Below, in pieces: positions 12,283 through 24,667 of a stretch of 64,000 bases of DNA (position 1 is the first letter of the stretch; the number at the start of each line of letters is the position of its first letter). The stretch is from Coniocarpon cinnabarinum (taxonomy: Eukaryota): the NCBI GenBank assembly GCA_051942205.1, contig JAVECO010000084.1:1-64000 (forward strand), in the 5' to 3' direction. The notes beneath the pieces are model-generated. The model was not told the DNA's origin and did not search any database. It worked only from the letters and a program-made list of their open reading frames with translations. A program made the translations under genes and the position numbers.

Positions 12283-12775
12283 AATCGTTTGTTCGCGTAA
12301 TTGGACTTTTGGCATCTGGGTCGCGAAAACGAGCAGAGTGTCTTCTCCTGGGGGCGTTCTCGTTGTTGGTGTTGTAATTGAAACGACTTTTTACGCGCAT
12401 AATCTTCACTTGGAGTCATACAGGCCGGCTGAAGTGGCATAAATTTGCAAATCTTTATGTGCAGTTGAGGCTGTTCCTAAACCATGGCGAAAGTAAGTCA
12501 TGTCTGTTCCATTGACGCCCAGTAACTTCAATCGGAACAAGGTTGGGTCGCAAAAAGCATGGCGTAGACAAAAAAGCGTCCTACATACGCTTCTGCCAGC
12601 GACGCTGTACAATCAGATTTTAAGAGTTGAGTAGAAGAGCACCTAGCATTTAGTCGACAAATTTGATCTAGACTTGACAAAGTCTTAAAACTTGACTAAA
12701 ATAACGTAGCGTTTGCGCTGTCGCATTTGCGCCACGATTTCTGATACTACACCTCGGGCGATTTCCCCGAGGCGC

Positions 12776-12795
12776 TCACGTGATTGATCACGTGA
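12776..12795. promoter_or_regulatory. Two adjacent TCACGTGA E-boxes (bHLH/Cbf1-type sites)
   Basis: TCACGTGA-TTGA-TCACGTGA, immediately after a short inverted repeat CCTCGGG..CCCGAGG (12752-12772). Confidence 0.5.
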
Positions 12796-13678
12796 TAATC
12801 AGCCCAAGCGTCGTCATAATACCCTTTCGGGAGTGCAGTGAGCATTCCGGCCACCACAACAACAAGACGAAGGGGCTTTATTGGAATTTTAAGAACTTCT
12901 CAACCTTGCGGATGATCTCACGTGTGGCCTATGCTATCGTTGTCAGCGGCTACTTCTGCGCAAGCAACATTAGCATAGAATCATAAACTCCGTTTTTCCG
13001 TCTTACGTTGGCGAGGTCTTAGTTGAAGCCACGTCTCATCGTCTGCCGCGAAGATGACCACACCACCACTTCTCTATACGTGCTCTGTAATGGTGGACTA
13101 AACCATTTGCTAGTCGGGATGGTGAATTGTTTCGCTGCAATGTGGCCACCACATGACCTGTTATTCGTTGTCGTGGCCGCTGTCAATGTGAGACCGCGGC
13201 TTCTGACGTGATGTTGACGCACACGTCTCACGCGTGTGTTTCAGCAACAAATTGAAGTCTATTCTCTGCCACGGTCGCCTTTGTGTTTGCGCTCGGCCTC
13301 TAAGATCGAAACATGGACTTTTTGGCGATCTCGCTCGTTGGAGATATCTAGCAAGACAGCAGCAGATCTGATACTTAGTGCAACGCTTCTACGTCGCACA
13401 GGTATCTCGTGCCAGTCTCTCAGGCCACCTCCACCATCGTGAACACGAATATCACGCGAATAAAGCTACGCGAAAACTCACCTCACGTCCAGGATTAGTA
13501 AAATCTTGTCTGTGTCAAGCGCTACTGAACGTCCCGGCTGTTCGGCACATACAATCGAATTTAGTTTTGAGCTGGAACCGCGTAGCTTCTGCTTTGAAGG
13601 GAACAAGCGACGCAGTAGACATGTACGCGAGTATTTGACTTGGGACTGACCATTTACTAAATCATCACGATTGTCTAG

Positions 13679-14477
13679 GGTTTCATTCCTTGGCAAGCCC
13701 TACGAGCCACCGACCATCCTCGCGAATAGTCCCAAAGGTAAGGAGATTAGCAAAGTGCCCGACATTAGAGCGTTTCTGAAGACCCCTGAACCGATTGTCG
13801 TTGTGGCTGGCTACAACTTACATGAGTCGCAATCAAGCACGTATGTTGAAGTATTCTACAACAAATCACATTCGCCTGCAGCACACTCGTACCAGAAGAA
13901 GCGGTTTGATATCGACCGCAGCACATACCATGACCTGCTCACATGGCCTCTGATCGACGCGCAGTCTGACCAGGGCAGAGCGATCGCCGAGCTTTCTGAG
14001 TTTAAAGCATGGTCACGTGCAAATCCGGACAAGCTATCGCGACAGTCTACTAAAGTAGTGGGCTTTGATTTCCATACTGGTCTAACCAGCATTTCCCGAC
14101 AGTTCGCAGTGGTATGTCTCAACAATGAATACTCGCCCAACAAAGCGTGCGAGACGCATGAGATACAGATCACGCGGTCAGACTTTGAGCGCATATACCA
14201 ACTTGATCACCAAAAGGCAGATCCAGAACTCAAACTGAACAGCATGTCGGGACAAGGATTGAGGACTTATCTAAGCAGTTTGCGATATACCCGGCAGAAG
14301 AAACGGCAATATGCTGCTGGAGAATTTGTCAAGGAGGGACAGACAGATCCCTTGGCGCAGCACTCTATGCCTGCGCCTGATCGCGTCGGAGATATCACTA
14401 GCGAAGGGCGGCAGAAGTTGGGACTGCATCCCAAGTGGCATTTAGTTCACGAGCATCACCCCGACCACCTGAAGTGA
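13679..14477 (+). CDS. Hypothetical protein, terminal exon; 5' exons unresolved
   Basis: About 266 open codons after a branch/acceptor (TACTAA..CTAG at 13678); no recognisable domain. Confidence 0.5.
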
Positions 14478-15478
14478 ACATTTGTGACGTGCCTCCGGAT
14501 CCGAAATTATCCCATCGGAGATCGTAACATCAGCGCTCAGGAAGGCATACTGTAGAGGCAGCCTTCTGCTCGCCCGCCTCATGAAACAGGCGAAAGCTGC
14601 AGTGCAACACAACCAGTGCAGTGGCCATCTAAGAGACTATCATCAGAGACGGCCCATCAAGCTTTGAGCGACGTCACTTCTGCTCTTCAACGAAGACTCG
14701 AGGAACATTTGGAAAAGCCAATCGGGTTTCAGCACTGGCCTCCTTTCATTTTCTTCTCTCGTGTTGCCGGCTTGCTCTTCTTCAGTCCTTCCTCTAGTTG
14801 ATCATACTTCATACTCTGTCTGATTTACTCTTCAAGCGCAGCCACTACACCTATGATCCCGCTCTTTGCTGCGTCTCGTCTGGTAGACTCAATAAGTGAT
14901 GATAACTCTTCACGTAACCTCTTTGGAGTTTCGAGTACTCGAGTCTCTTTCAAGCAACACATTCAAAAATCGGCAGAACCTGGTGATCTTTGCGCAGCGT
15001 GAGTTGTACAATACCCGTGGTGCATTACTTGCCACGTTGCAAAAGGTCGAAGTATGGTGAAGCGAGTGATGGCATGAAGGAGGCTCTCAACAGTCGCCAT
15101 GCATTCGGGTGAATCCTCGAGATGTCTGCGCAGTTTGCTGTGCCAAAGTTCTTTGGTTAGCGTAAGCGCATACGGTGTTCGCCACCTGCTCGCTCATGCA
15201 TTCGAGCGTCGAACTAGGACTGAGTCTAAGCTTTGATCGGTCGAGGAGATTTGCTAGGAAATGCACGTTCTTCCGTGGATCCGCCCAGCCGCGACCGCTA
15301 TCACATGATCAAGCAGTACTGCTTGCGCAATTGGCCTGTCACAGATGTCAGTTTCAGACTTGGGAACCAAACGGCGAGTGCGTCTAAGCCTCTATGATCA
15401 CAGTACCATGCAAGTTGATGAGTGTACCCCAAAGAAAGACCGGTCTTAAAGGGGACATCTCCCAGTATCAAAAGGTGA

Positions 15479-15648
15479 CTGCAGGGGCCACCGGCAGACA
15501 TCGTTGCCAGACCTCAGCTTGGGCGACGAGCGTGTATGATGAGAACAATTCAGGTCGCAAACCCGCCAGTACAGCGGCGATAACTTTTTCCCAGTGACAC
15601 GACCCCAAGTCATAGTATAGTAAGTTTTATCCTACAACGCCCCTGCTG
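15479..15648 (+). repeat. Fold-back (MITE-like) dispersed repeat, copy A
   Basis: CTGCAGGGGC..TCGTTGCCAGACCTCAGCTTGGGCGACGAGC..GAACAATTCAGGTCGCAAA..GCGGCGATAAC..GCCCCTGCTG; 170 bp, colinear with the other copies. Confidence 0.75.
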
Positions 15649-16353
15649 CTTCGCCCGCCACTAATGTGCTCGCGCGATCAACGGCTCGACAAGAGTCACT
15701 GCCGCCCAAGCTGTGCTGCTGAGCTGTGCAGGGAATGGAATCACCTTTCAAGTATCCGGGCGCTAAGTGCGTCGTCAATTGACGCAATGCGAGCTGTTGC
15801 CTCGTTGGCCGCTCCGCCTCCGCGCGTTTGCAGCGCCGATGGCGATTGTGTCCAAGTCTTGGTGATTTGTTGGTACGTGCCATGGGCTATGACGCTTCAT
15901 CTACGTGAAACAGGCATCAACACGCGGTGGTTCGATTCTGCCTGTGTCATGGCTTAACTCGCCACCGCTCCGCTCTGCTGCATGAAAGACAAACAGTGAG
16001 TCTACTGGGGCTGCGCCTACTGGCTGGGACTCGTTGGACAAGGCACATTTGCCGCGATATTGCGGCTATCCAGGTACTGTCACTGGAGTCTCGTGGAGAG
16101 AATGGTGGCGATGATGATGGTTGTCAGCGCCGGAAGGGGCCTTGCAGGTTCCGTCGACGCTGTGCAACGACTCTGCGTGGCAAAATGTCGTCGTTCGATT
16201 ACATGACCGGTGGGGAAGAGTATGTCATGGGGGAGACTTAGGCAAGCGACGAAGCTCGAGGGCAATCTATAAGTATGGGCCCTTCCTCGAGTGACGCCTC
16301 GAAGGAATCAATCCCCTCCAGACTTCTCCTCACATTACACAAGAGTCATCAAT

Positions 16354-16827
16354 ATGGCTTCACAACCCATCCAAGAACCAGAGCCAATGGTAGTCTCAAG
16401 CGACATGTATAACGCCGACGAGCCTGTGAACATGCTCGAGCGCTTGGAAATCAATGATCGCACAGTCTTCGTCACCCACAAAGGTGCCCCGGATGTGGTT
16501 AGTTCATTAGCTCCGCCAAAGATAGACGGTGTAGACATCGTTCGGAACAACTATCAGCAGATCAAGGAAGCATGCCAAAGAACTATTTCGGAGAAAATCT
16601 CCGGTCGGGCCCGGGGGTTGGACTTTGCACATCAAAAAGGGGACGGGGCCAGACTCACGCGAGTCGAAATCCAGATGATCACCCAGGGCACAATCGATGT
16701 GCATTTCATCTTCGACAAGTCTATCAAGTGGATGGAGTCCAGTGGGCCGGAACAGGGAAACATCGTGCTACAGCGACTTTCGCGTAGTGAAATTGATAAC
16801 TCTAAGGCGCCTCTGACCCTTTCCTAA
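16354..16827 (+). CDS. Small orphan protein (157 aa)
   Basis: Intronless ORF MASQPIQEPEP..., TATAAG about 85 bp upstream, globular-looking composition; no family recognised. Confidence 0.65.
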   Translation: MASQPIQEPEPMVVSSDMYNADEPVNMLERLEINDRTVFVTHKGAPDVVSSLAPPKIDGVDIVRNNYQQIKEACQRTISEKISGRARGLDFAHQKGDGARLTRVEIQMITQGTIDVHFIFDKSIKWMESSGPEQGNIVLQRLSRSEIDNSKAPLTLS

Positions 16828-17303
16828 GTTCTCGGCCAGTGTCCCAGGCATGCAATATGGAAAGCTGAATCATCCATGGCTGGAAATGTCAACATTACCG
16901 ACTCGAGCTTGACGGAGCTGGTGGTGTTCCACAGTTGGTGTGGATGATGGGCCTTGTACTGGATGTCACTCATTGCCTGATACTCACCCAGACAGCCATC
17001 ATCGTGTGATCCACGGATTTCCTTCGTATTACTGAGCAGCAGCGATGTCACTCGTTCAACATGAGAACATCTAATGTAGCTAGCAATTTAAATGTCAACT
17101 GCTCTAATCATCACGCAACTCTCAGCGACTCGTTGTGCAGCCCTCGTCGATTGCAGCTTCATAAGTGCCTATGCGCTTTGAGCGAGTAGGCCGCATGATG
17201 CTTGCTCTTCGTGATACGCAGGCGTGAATACGTGCAGCGGCATCCTCCGCAAGACAGCAATTTCTGGCAGCGACTCTCGATGCGCTGGGCTGGATTCGCA
17301 TCA

Positions 17304-17472
17304 CCACAAGGGCCACAGACAAAAGCCGTTGCCGGATCTCAGTCTGGGCACCGAGCGCATATGATATGAGGACTTTAGGTCACAAAGCTACGATTGACCG
17401 GCAAAAGCGCTTTGCATCCTATCACAGGCGAATTCATAGTGCGGCAAGTACTGTCCGACGAAGCCCTTGCTG
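17304..17472 (+). repeat. Fold-back (MITE-like) dispersed repeat, copy B
   Basis: CCACAAGGGCC..GACAAAAGCCGTTGCCGGATCTCAGTCTGGGCACCGAGC..GGCAAAAGC..GTGCGGCAAGTACT..GCCCTTGCTG; 169 bp. Confidence 0.8.
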
Positions 17473-17562
17473 TGTGTGTCAGAGCAGCCTAGAAGTTACT
17501 CATCCTGGTGAGATTGTACTTCGCAATGGATGCCCCGACGAAGATAAGCCGCAAGTCGGGGC

Positions 17563-17660
17563 GGAACAACTTGGATTGCAAAGCAAGAAGTAGAGCGACA
17601 AAAGCCCTTTGCGACTCAGGAGGCCCTGAATTGAAGTGCGGTACGTACTTTTCTACGACC
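17563..17660 (+). repeat. 3' half of the same fold-back repeat (copy B2)
   Basis: GAACAACTTGGATTGCAAAGC..GCGACAAAAGCCCTTTGC..CTGAATTGAAGTGCGGTACGTACTTTTCTACGA matches the 3' half of copies B-F. Confidence 0.65.
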
Positions 17661-17843
17661 ACAAGTTAGCACGGCATTCTGGTCCGTGCAGACACGTGCG
17701 AAGGTCAGGAGAAGTCACGTGCATATGCCGCCTTGCGCGACGCCCGAAGCAGCTTAGCCAAGATGCCTAGCTTGCCAAGCCTCAGCGTCTACAAAACTTC
17801 TCCCGCGACTTGCAACTTTCCTCTTCTTTTTCTTTTCTCTTCA

Positions 17844-18005
17844 GATGCTTCGGCATCATATGGTCAATTTGAAACGATACAGAGAAGATTAGCATGGCCC
17901 CTGGTATGTCTTTGTAGTCTATGGTTTCTTATCTGGCTGTGTGACTGACTTTCTCTAGCACTAAGGATGACACGCTATCACAAAGAGAAGCTCAACGTTT
18001 TTTTT
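17844..18005 (+). ncRNA. U6: U6 spliceosomal snRNA gene interrupted by a 55-nt spliceosomal intron
   Basis: Exon 1 (17844-17903) GATGCTTCGGCATC..GAAACGATACAGAGAAGATTAGCATGGCCCCTG has the 5' hairpin, ACAGAGA box and AGC triad; intron 17904-17958 GTATGT..ACTGAC..TAG; exon 2 CACTAAGGATGACACGC..CAAAGAGAAG followed by a T run (Pol III terminator). Confidence 0.95.
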
Positions 18006-18099
18006 CTTTGCGACGCTTGACTTCGGTCAGGTTTGTGAAGAAGGAGGATGACACTATGTTATGAGGCTGCGCGTAGGACAGCGGGCTGGCAGGCTTGTG

Positions 18100-19370
18100 A
18101 CAATCTACAGACCCGACGCACCAAGTGGTTCATCCAATTAGCTTCTCGAATTCGAGCGTACCAGTAGAATTAAATGTGGCAATGTATTCGACTACCGCGT
18201 CGGCTTGGATTGGAGATTGCCTATTACGAGACTTCGAGCGTGCTCGGCAGTGCACTGAAGTGGCTATGAGGGGTACGATTAAGCTTAAACCAGAGTCTTG
18301 CTCATGTCTTGTATGTATGCAGAAGGGAGTCCGTCAACAGCGCGAGAGAGCCTTCGAAGTTGCATGAATGAGCCAAAATTTCCGTACTAAAAGCTTCGCT
18401 TGGAGTTCGCAGAGCTATCATTGCTACTCGAGGACCTCCGGGCAACGTAGGAAGGGGCGAAGTGCGTAAATCGATCGCTCCGTGTCGAAGTGGTCAGGGC
18501 ACGGAAGGCTAAACGCTTTGGGCCCCGAGAACTGTAGCCCGACTTTATTTCTTTCGCTTTCTTATGCTTGCAGCACTCACAGACAGCCTTCTCTAGCAAA
18601 TCTCTGGTTTCTCCAGAGTCGAGCGCCAACGTGTGTCAAGTGGGACGACACGTGGGGATTTGAAACGCTCTGGCGTTATTGGGTTGAGTGGAAAAGGCGA
18701 AACACGCGAAGGCACATTATCGGTTTGATCTGGTCAGTAGTTCAGAATCTTTGGTAAACCCAAGTGACTGAACAATGGATATCCCCATATGCATAGCTCC
18801 GCTGTTTTTTGCGTGTTCAGCTAGGCCTTGTGCTCGTAGATGATTAGTTGCCTCGTAATAGCGAGGCGCGTTTAGCGAGAGGTAAGACTCCTAAATACTT
18901 CGCGAAATAGCTCGTGGAAGGACAAAGAGAGTTCTGATTCCTCTAAGATCGAGTGCAACCCTATACAAAATAGCGCTAGATCTGAGCCAATACCTGGTAT
19001 TGGCTAACACTCTGTTAAAATTAGTTCCCTCAAGCGAGGTCACAATCGTATTAGCAAAGGCTCCTGGCTTCCTACCACTGTTTTTACGTTCAAACTTATC
19101 CTTTAGGAGGAACAAAATATACAGCTGGAGCCTGCGCAACATATTATCAAGAAATAAAGGATCTCTCAAGTTCATGAGCATTTGAATGTTGATGTACGCT
19201 TCGAGTATCGAAGACGCAAGACGACCCCGTGCTCCAAGTCTGACGATCGTGGCTCAGCAATTTCAGCTTCGAACAAGGGCTTCAGACGGTCTCGTGGCGC
19301 GCGCCAAATCTTCACGACGACGTGTCTAAGAAAGTCGGATGCGTCGGGCGTCGCGGAATTCCTTATGAAG
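18100..19370 (-). pseudogene. Decayed protein-coding relic, possibly RIP-mutated; identity unknown
   Basis: Coding-like fragments (18891-19181 continuing past a TAG into ESYLSLNAPRYYEATNHLRAQGL; 18387-18629) in TpA-rich sequence. Confidence 0.4.
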
Positions 19371-20380
19371 TCTTGAAACTAAGATAGCGTTAGACACCAC
19401 GTCACAGCTTATTTACTACTCGACTCACCTTTGTATCGGTAATGCGATCGTTTGCCGCCTCCACCTATAGCCGCTCTGCGATTTCGTGGCTTACTGCAGC
19501 GCCCATTGCCTTATGTATCGACGTGTGTCTTGCAGGTTGGCTTGTGTGTGTCGCGGACCTCCTGTTCCCTAGTTTGTGGTGGATTGGGTAATTTTCAATG
19601 AAGCAAGTACGGCAGGGTGATGAAAGATATCTACTTCCTTTTGGGGAAGGAGCATATAGGGTCTTTGCTTTGGCCACCCATGCATGCTATTTTCCCTTAG
19701 CATAGCATTCATAGTCCTCATAGCCACCAACATGCTGCCTCGTTCCGAATGCCTCGGCTTGGCAAATGACAGAAATCGTTTGCCGATCGACTACCTGCCT
19801 CTGACCTTAGATGACAAGTCGGGCTGCCATGACACCGACTGCACAAAGCTGCAAGAAGCCCACGAATAAACAATCCTGCGCTAAAGAACCTAGGCTGTCG
19901 CCGTCGGAGAAATATTGATACACCGAATCCTGCAATTCACATTACTTATCGCGCATTCTTGCGTCCTTTACGGATGCCAAAGTTGGGGAGTGATTGTTCA
20001 AAGTACAGAGTACAGGCTGCTCAATGAGACGTAGCATGAGCGTATCTAATACGACAGGAATCCGTACTGCTAAAATGACCAGTACTAACAATACTTCGAG
20101 AGCAGCAAAACATGCTTAAGTTTTCGACAAGAATAATCCGCACGGAAGCAAAGATTTGGATCCGGTCTTCATCATACATTCAATTTGCGGGCCTTGCAGG
20201 CACGAGATAGTTGGTCGAGCCTGTTACTGTCGTCGGTCATACAAGGTCAATTCGTCTCGCATCTAGCTTCAAATCTCAACCGACGTTGCCACGGTGTCTC
20301 CAGCCGATATACTTCTTGTATTGGCAAGCGCAGCGATCATTCTCACCAAATGTCCACATAAGTTCTAGAATACCTTCCGT

Positions 20381-22019
20381 ATGAACTGGTCTGGGATGCA
20401 TAATGCTGGCCTTACCCTCAAAGTACTTGACAAGAGGCGTGGACCTGTCCATACAAAGACCGACCTCCTTTACAGAAGTTCACTTTCCTCTCAAGCCTTC
20501 AAGAGACCGACGGATCGAGATAAGCACAGGCGTCAATACAAGGCGCAACTACAAAACCGTAGTAAATCTCGTCGAAGCGACTGTATCGATTTGCGCAATC
20601 GTATTCTCATCCAGCACCCTTCACGAGATCAAGATTGTAGGAATTCCGGCCAGAGCCGCATTACATCAGCTAACGATGTATACGAGAAAATTCTGGGTTT
20701 CGGAGAGCCTGTAAGGCCAATCGTTAACTATAGAGAAGCCAGAATTCCGATATTACAAAACCGGCGCGAGAGATCAATCCTAGATGTCGGAGAACTTTTG
20801 CTAAGCAAGTTGGACTTCATGGATGTTACCAGCAGGAGCTTTCAAGATGATAGAAGCGGAAATGTTAAAACTCTGCAAACGCCTACGGCACTCAACATTG
20901 AAAGTTTTCATATCGACGGTTTCAAACCTCGCTATATCTTAAGAACGCAATGATTCTCGTTCAGTCTAACATTGGTTGAACAATAATCATTTCAATATGT
21001 AGAAAAAATTTATACGCAACTGCTCTACCAACGTATAACTCGAAGATCTAGATTTCGAGCCGTGGGTCGCTGTAAGCTCCCATAACACAACATGCGGTAG
21101 ACATAACTCTTCTTTATATCTCCTAAAGGCGAGATGTTATTCTCTAGGGGCTTGCCTGTTGCCTATCACTAACATCTTCGACTCCCAGCCCTGCATGCTT
21201 TGGGCTACAATTACCGCAACCCCTCTTATTGAAGTGAACCTACCTATCTAGAAGAAGGTGAGGATGATCGATCATTATGCAGCGTGAAAACATCGTGATT
21301 CAAGCAGCGGCCGACAACTTTCCTTACCTGACGCAGAAATTATTCCCATGACGCGAGGGACAGCTCTTCAAAGTGCATTTTGTTCTTCGCCATTTACTTC
21401 CTATAATCTGACTCTTGTTCCTACTGAGCTTCCCCATACATGAGATTACCAGATCGATAAGAGAAGGATAAGATAACCCCAAAGTTGACTACCCAGGTAC
21501 TTGGATGGCGAAGCGTCGTCTTCTGAGGACCAGGTCGCTCCAATGACGTTCCTCTGCAGCCGCTTCAAGGAACATCTGATAAATGTACGATTTCTCCATC
21601 TCGCAAATATAATTGAGTGTGTGGTGCTATGTGCGATTTCTATGCTAGAAACGATTACGTGGAAGCGCCAGTGCACTTCAAGATTTCGTGCCATTTGGCA
21701 AGGATCGCCTTTAGGAGAGAAGAATTTTAACTTGATTCTTATTATGACGATCTTGTTCGTGATTACTACAACAAGGCCGGGAGCGGCGTTGCTAGGTTCA
21801 AACACAAAGGACGCTATATAGTAGATCTAAGCAGCAGGCCGCTTTGCAGAAGATGATGAAGCGGCTTCCTCTATCGAGCTAGTGCGTGACGATAGTGGCG
21901 ATGCATCAAAGAGGTTGGACGTTGGCGAGGAATACCACAGCAGAACAGAGTCGGACTTCGAAGGCCATGAGACAGAACACGCAAAACCGAGAGGAGTTCT
22001 AAAGCGGTCAGCCCGTTGA
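20381..22019 (+). pseudogene. Decayed protein-coding relic, possibly RIP-mutated; identity unknown
   Basis: Long coding-like frames broken by TGA/TAG/TAA (e.g. TELPHT*DYQIDKRRIR*PQS*LPRYLDGE, ..KDAI**I*AAGRFAEDDE); AT- and TpA-rich relative to neighbouring genes. Confidence 0.5.
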
Positions 22020-22335
22020 GCACCCTACAATGCGACGTCTGTCGGGTGGACGCAGCGAAAGCTTATACGTAGGCCAACATCAAATACTACTGGATGATGC
22101 TTGAGACGCAGTCAGAGCTTCGTCGTAGCCCGTGCCCAGTAGCAAACATTCTCGACCGAATATACATCTACAAGTTGTCGTGTGTTCATCGTTATTCTTG
22201 CTTCCCAGGTGCGATATTCAGGGAAGACCTCACGATAGAGTACTTCATGTCGAAAAGTCACAAATTGGTTAGCATTAGATGACCTGCTTGTGGGGTTCAT
22301 TCGCGTGCTCGCTTACGCGAGCAACCCCAGACAGC

Positions 22336-24082
22336 CTAATGATGCTGGGAAGTCTTCGGCTTCTTACTTTCCTGCCCACGCCTTTCGGTAAATGAAGTCG
22401 TCGGCGTTACGTCCTGAGAGCCAGCAGAAGTGAAGTGGCTGCTAGCCACCGATGCATGCGAAGACTGTCTCCCCTCTGAGATCCCTTGTGATTCTTGCGC
22501 CTCTCGGGATGTTTCGGATGGCTGCAAGACCTCAAAGTTGATGTTAGGAGGCAGGTCGTCGATAGCGGAGCAGATCATTTTCAAATGCTTTGGCATCCAG
22601 ACTTCATAAACATTTCTCGTGAAGTTGTAAGCTGTCCACTTGTCTCTGCCGTCGAGTGCTGTAAAGTCAAACGTGTGAATTGGATGGCGATAAAAGCTCG
22701 TCTTGTCGGCATCAATAAGCGGGTAATGGCCACAGAGCCTCACCATACGGTGGTCATGCGACACCGAAAAGGCGAGGATCTCTCGATGTAGCTCATCCGC
22801 CCGCTTGACTAGTCTGTAAAGCTCGACCATTCCCCTTACGGCGAGAGTCATGCTATGGGCATTCTGCCGGTCGGCGACGTCCAGCGCCGCTGTACCGCAC
22901 TTTACCTCACAGGTCAGGAAGGGGAAGTACATCTGGTAGGTCGCCGCGAAAAACGAAGTCTCGTAAACGCTACCAATGAGGGGGTCGAGTCTCTCGAGCT
23001 GCTCCTCTGTGAAGGCTGACCGCCGGAATCCCACGCAGTAGTCAGGTTGTGGCCGTGGGCCTTGCAAAGGTATGGAGGCTTGCCAACCTTCGTTGACGTT
23101 TTCGATTAATGTCTCTAGCTCATTTGATCCAAAAGTGGCAAGCGATTCTGCTGACGGGACAATCAAACGGCCAATGTCCTGTATCACCCGAGCCTCATTT
23201 CGGAGGCGGACTTTCTCCATTGTCTTCTCGAATACATCATCATGGAAGAGAGAGATTTCAGGAAGTCGCTGCTGTTGCGTGTCAAGGAGCTGTCGACAGA
23301 GGCTTTTGCCATGATCCGAGATGCCATCCGGAGCAGGCTTGAGATAGCTCCCATGCGCTGCGAGTAAGGTCTCGTAGCGTGTATCCTTGTACGGCGCACT
23401 CTTTGCGTCTCTTTGTTTCTGATCATTTGAGCCGCTGAAGCTAGAATCCGACGCTTTGCGAAGCGATGTGGCGGGTAGCACCCTTCTACTCGGGCGCGGA
23501 TACCGACAACCATTGGTCTCCACATATTGCACACCTTGTTGCTCCATTCTCTTACTTGATGAACTGCCACGTTCTAATTCTGCCCAGGTCTGAGGGACAG
23601 ACTGAAGAGAGTGCCAGGGCCACTGCTTACGATAAGTCCAAAATGCAACGGAATCTTCATTTCCTTCTTCGTAGATACTACTCGTTTGTTCTTCAGTGCC
23701 TGTATTGTCTGTGTCTCGTCGGGACAATCGCCGTCGTCGATTTGGCTTCCTGTTGGAGTTTTCGGTGGAGTCCGATCCCTCCCAGCGCCTTTCCTTCGCG
23801 ACCGCGGCAGCTGTGGCAAGCTTTGCTGGCTCTTTCAGGTGGTTTCGAGCGGCATGTGGGGTTTGAGCGTTGTCATTCGCCGGTATGAACGGGTCTCGCC
23901 AAATGGATCTGCTCTTGAGCCGCGCGCTCCTGCGTACAGGGTCTTGCCGCGGCGTCTTCTGAATACCTAGTATTGTTAGTGAGACTGGACTGACACGCTG
24001 AATCGTCCTTCGCTGTACCTTCAGCCGCACGTGGTCGGCGCTCCGGTGAATTGACAGTGTTGTGTGCGCGTGAGCGGGTCAT
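22336..24082 (-). CDS. Fungal protein with putative PD-(D/E)xK nuclease-like domain (DUF7924-type as recalled)
   Basis: Exon 24082-24019, intron 24018-23967 (GTACAG..CTAAC..TAG), exon 23966-22336; motifs RNEARVIQDI, PRPQPDYCVGFRRSAFT, YFPFLTCEVKCG, ADRQNAHSMTLAVRG, FSVSHD. Confidence 0.8.
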
Positions 24083-24510
24083 GGCGAGTAAGAGAGTGGC
24101 GCCGGAAAGGTTTCATCTGTACATTTGAAGGGGTGCAATAAGCATTGGAGGTGGTCAACACATGCATGTGTGCTGAATATATCACAACGCCCGTGCGTCT
24201 GCTTGCCAGCCGGCGGCAAACGCACAGTGCGCTCGATGCTCCCCAGTGCCCTGTGGTTGCTGCCGATCCGAAGCTGAGGCGCTGTACACATATTCGCTAT
24301 ATTACAGCTTTCCTTGAAGGCCTGGCATGTCGACTTGGCTCGCTGCTCATGAGCCTGGGCACTCGGCGCGACCCATTGATTTGCGTAAGTCATGTGAGCG
24401 CGCCCAAGCCGAATCAGGCAGGTGTGGATGGCCGGATGTAGCTACATTTTCGCAAGACCGGAGATGTTGCCGCCCCAGGACTTGGCATGCGGGCGACAAG
24501 GCTCGTCGAC

Positions 24511-24667
24511 GACTCGGCATGTTCATCACACGATGATTCCAAGCGATACGGGAGAAGATGAGCATGGTCAGTCCCTTCAGTGAATCGTTCCTTATTCTAC
24601 GTGTTCACGTTCTATCTACAGGCCCCTGGTACGTCTGGACTTTTCGCAGCACTGAGGATGACACGCT
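24511..24667 (+). pseudogene. Divergent U6 snRNA copy with two intron-like insertions
   Basis: AAGCGATACGGGAGAAGATGAGCATG|intron 24567-24621 GTCAGT..CTACAG|GCCCCTG|24629-24649 GTACGT..CGCAG|CACTGAGGATGACACGCT; ACAGAGA box altered to ACGGGAGA; no U6 3' end follows. Confidence 0.8.

Noticed and set aside
12525..12585. Weak similarity to the middle of the fold-back repeat (GGAACAA..GGTCGCAAA..AAAAGC)
   Set aside because: No termini or hairpin; too degenerate to call.
15479..15648. Fold-back repeat as hammerhead ribozyme, tRNA-SINE or group I intron
   Set aside because: No conserved CTGANGA/GAAA core, A/B boxes or P7 motifs across copies.
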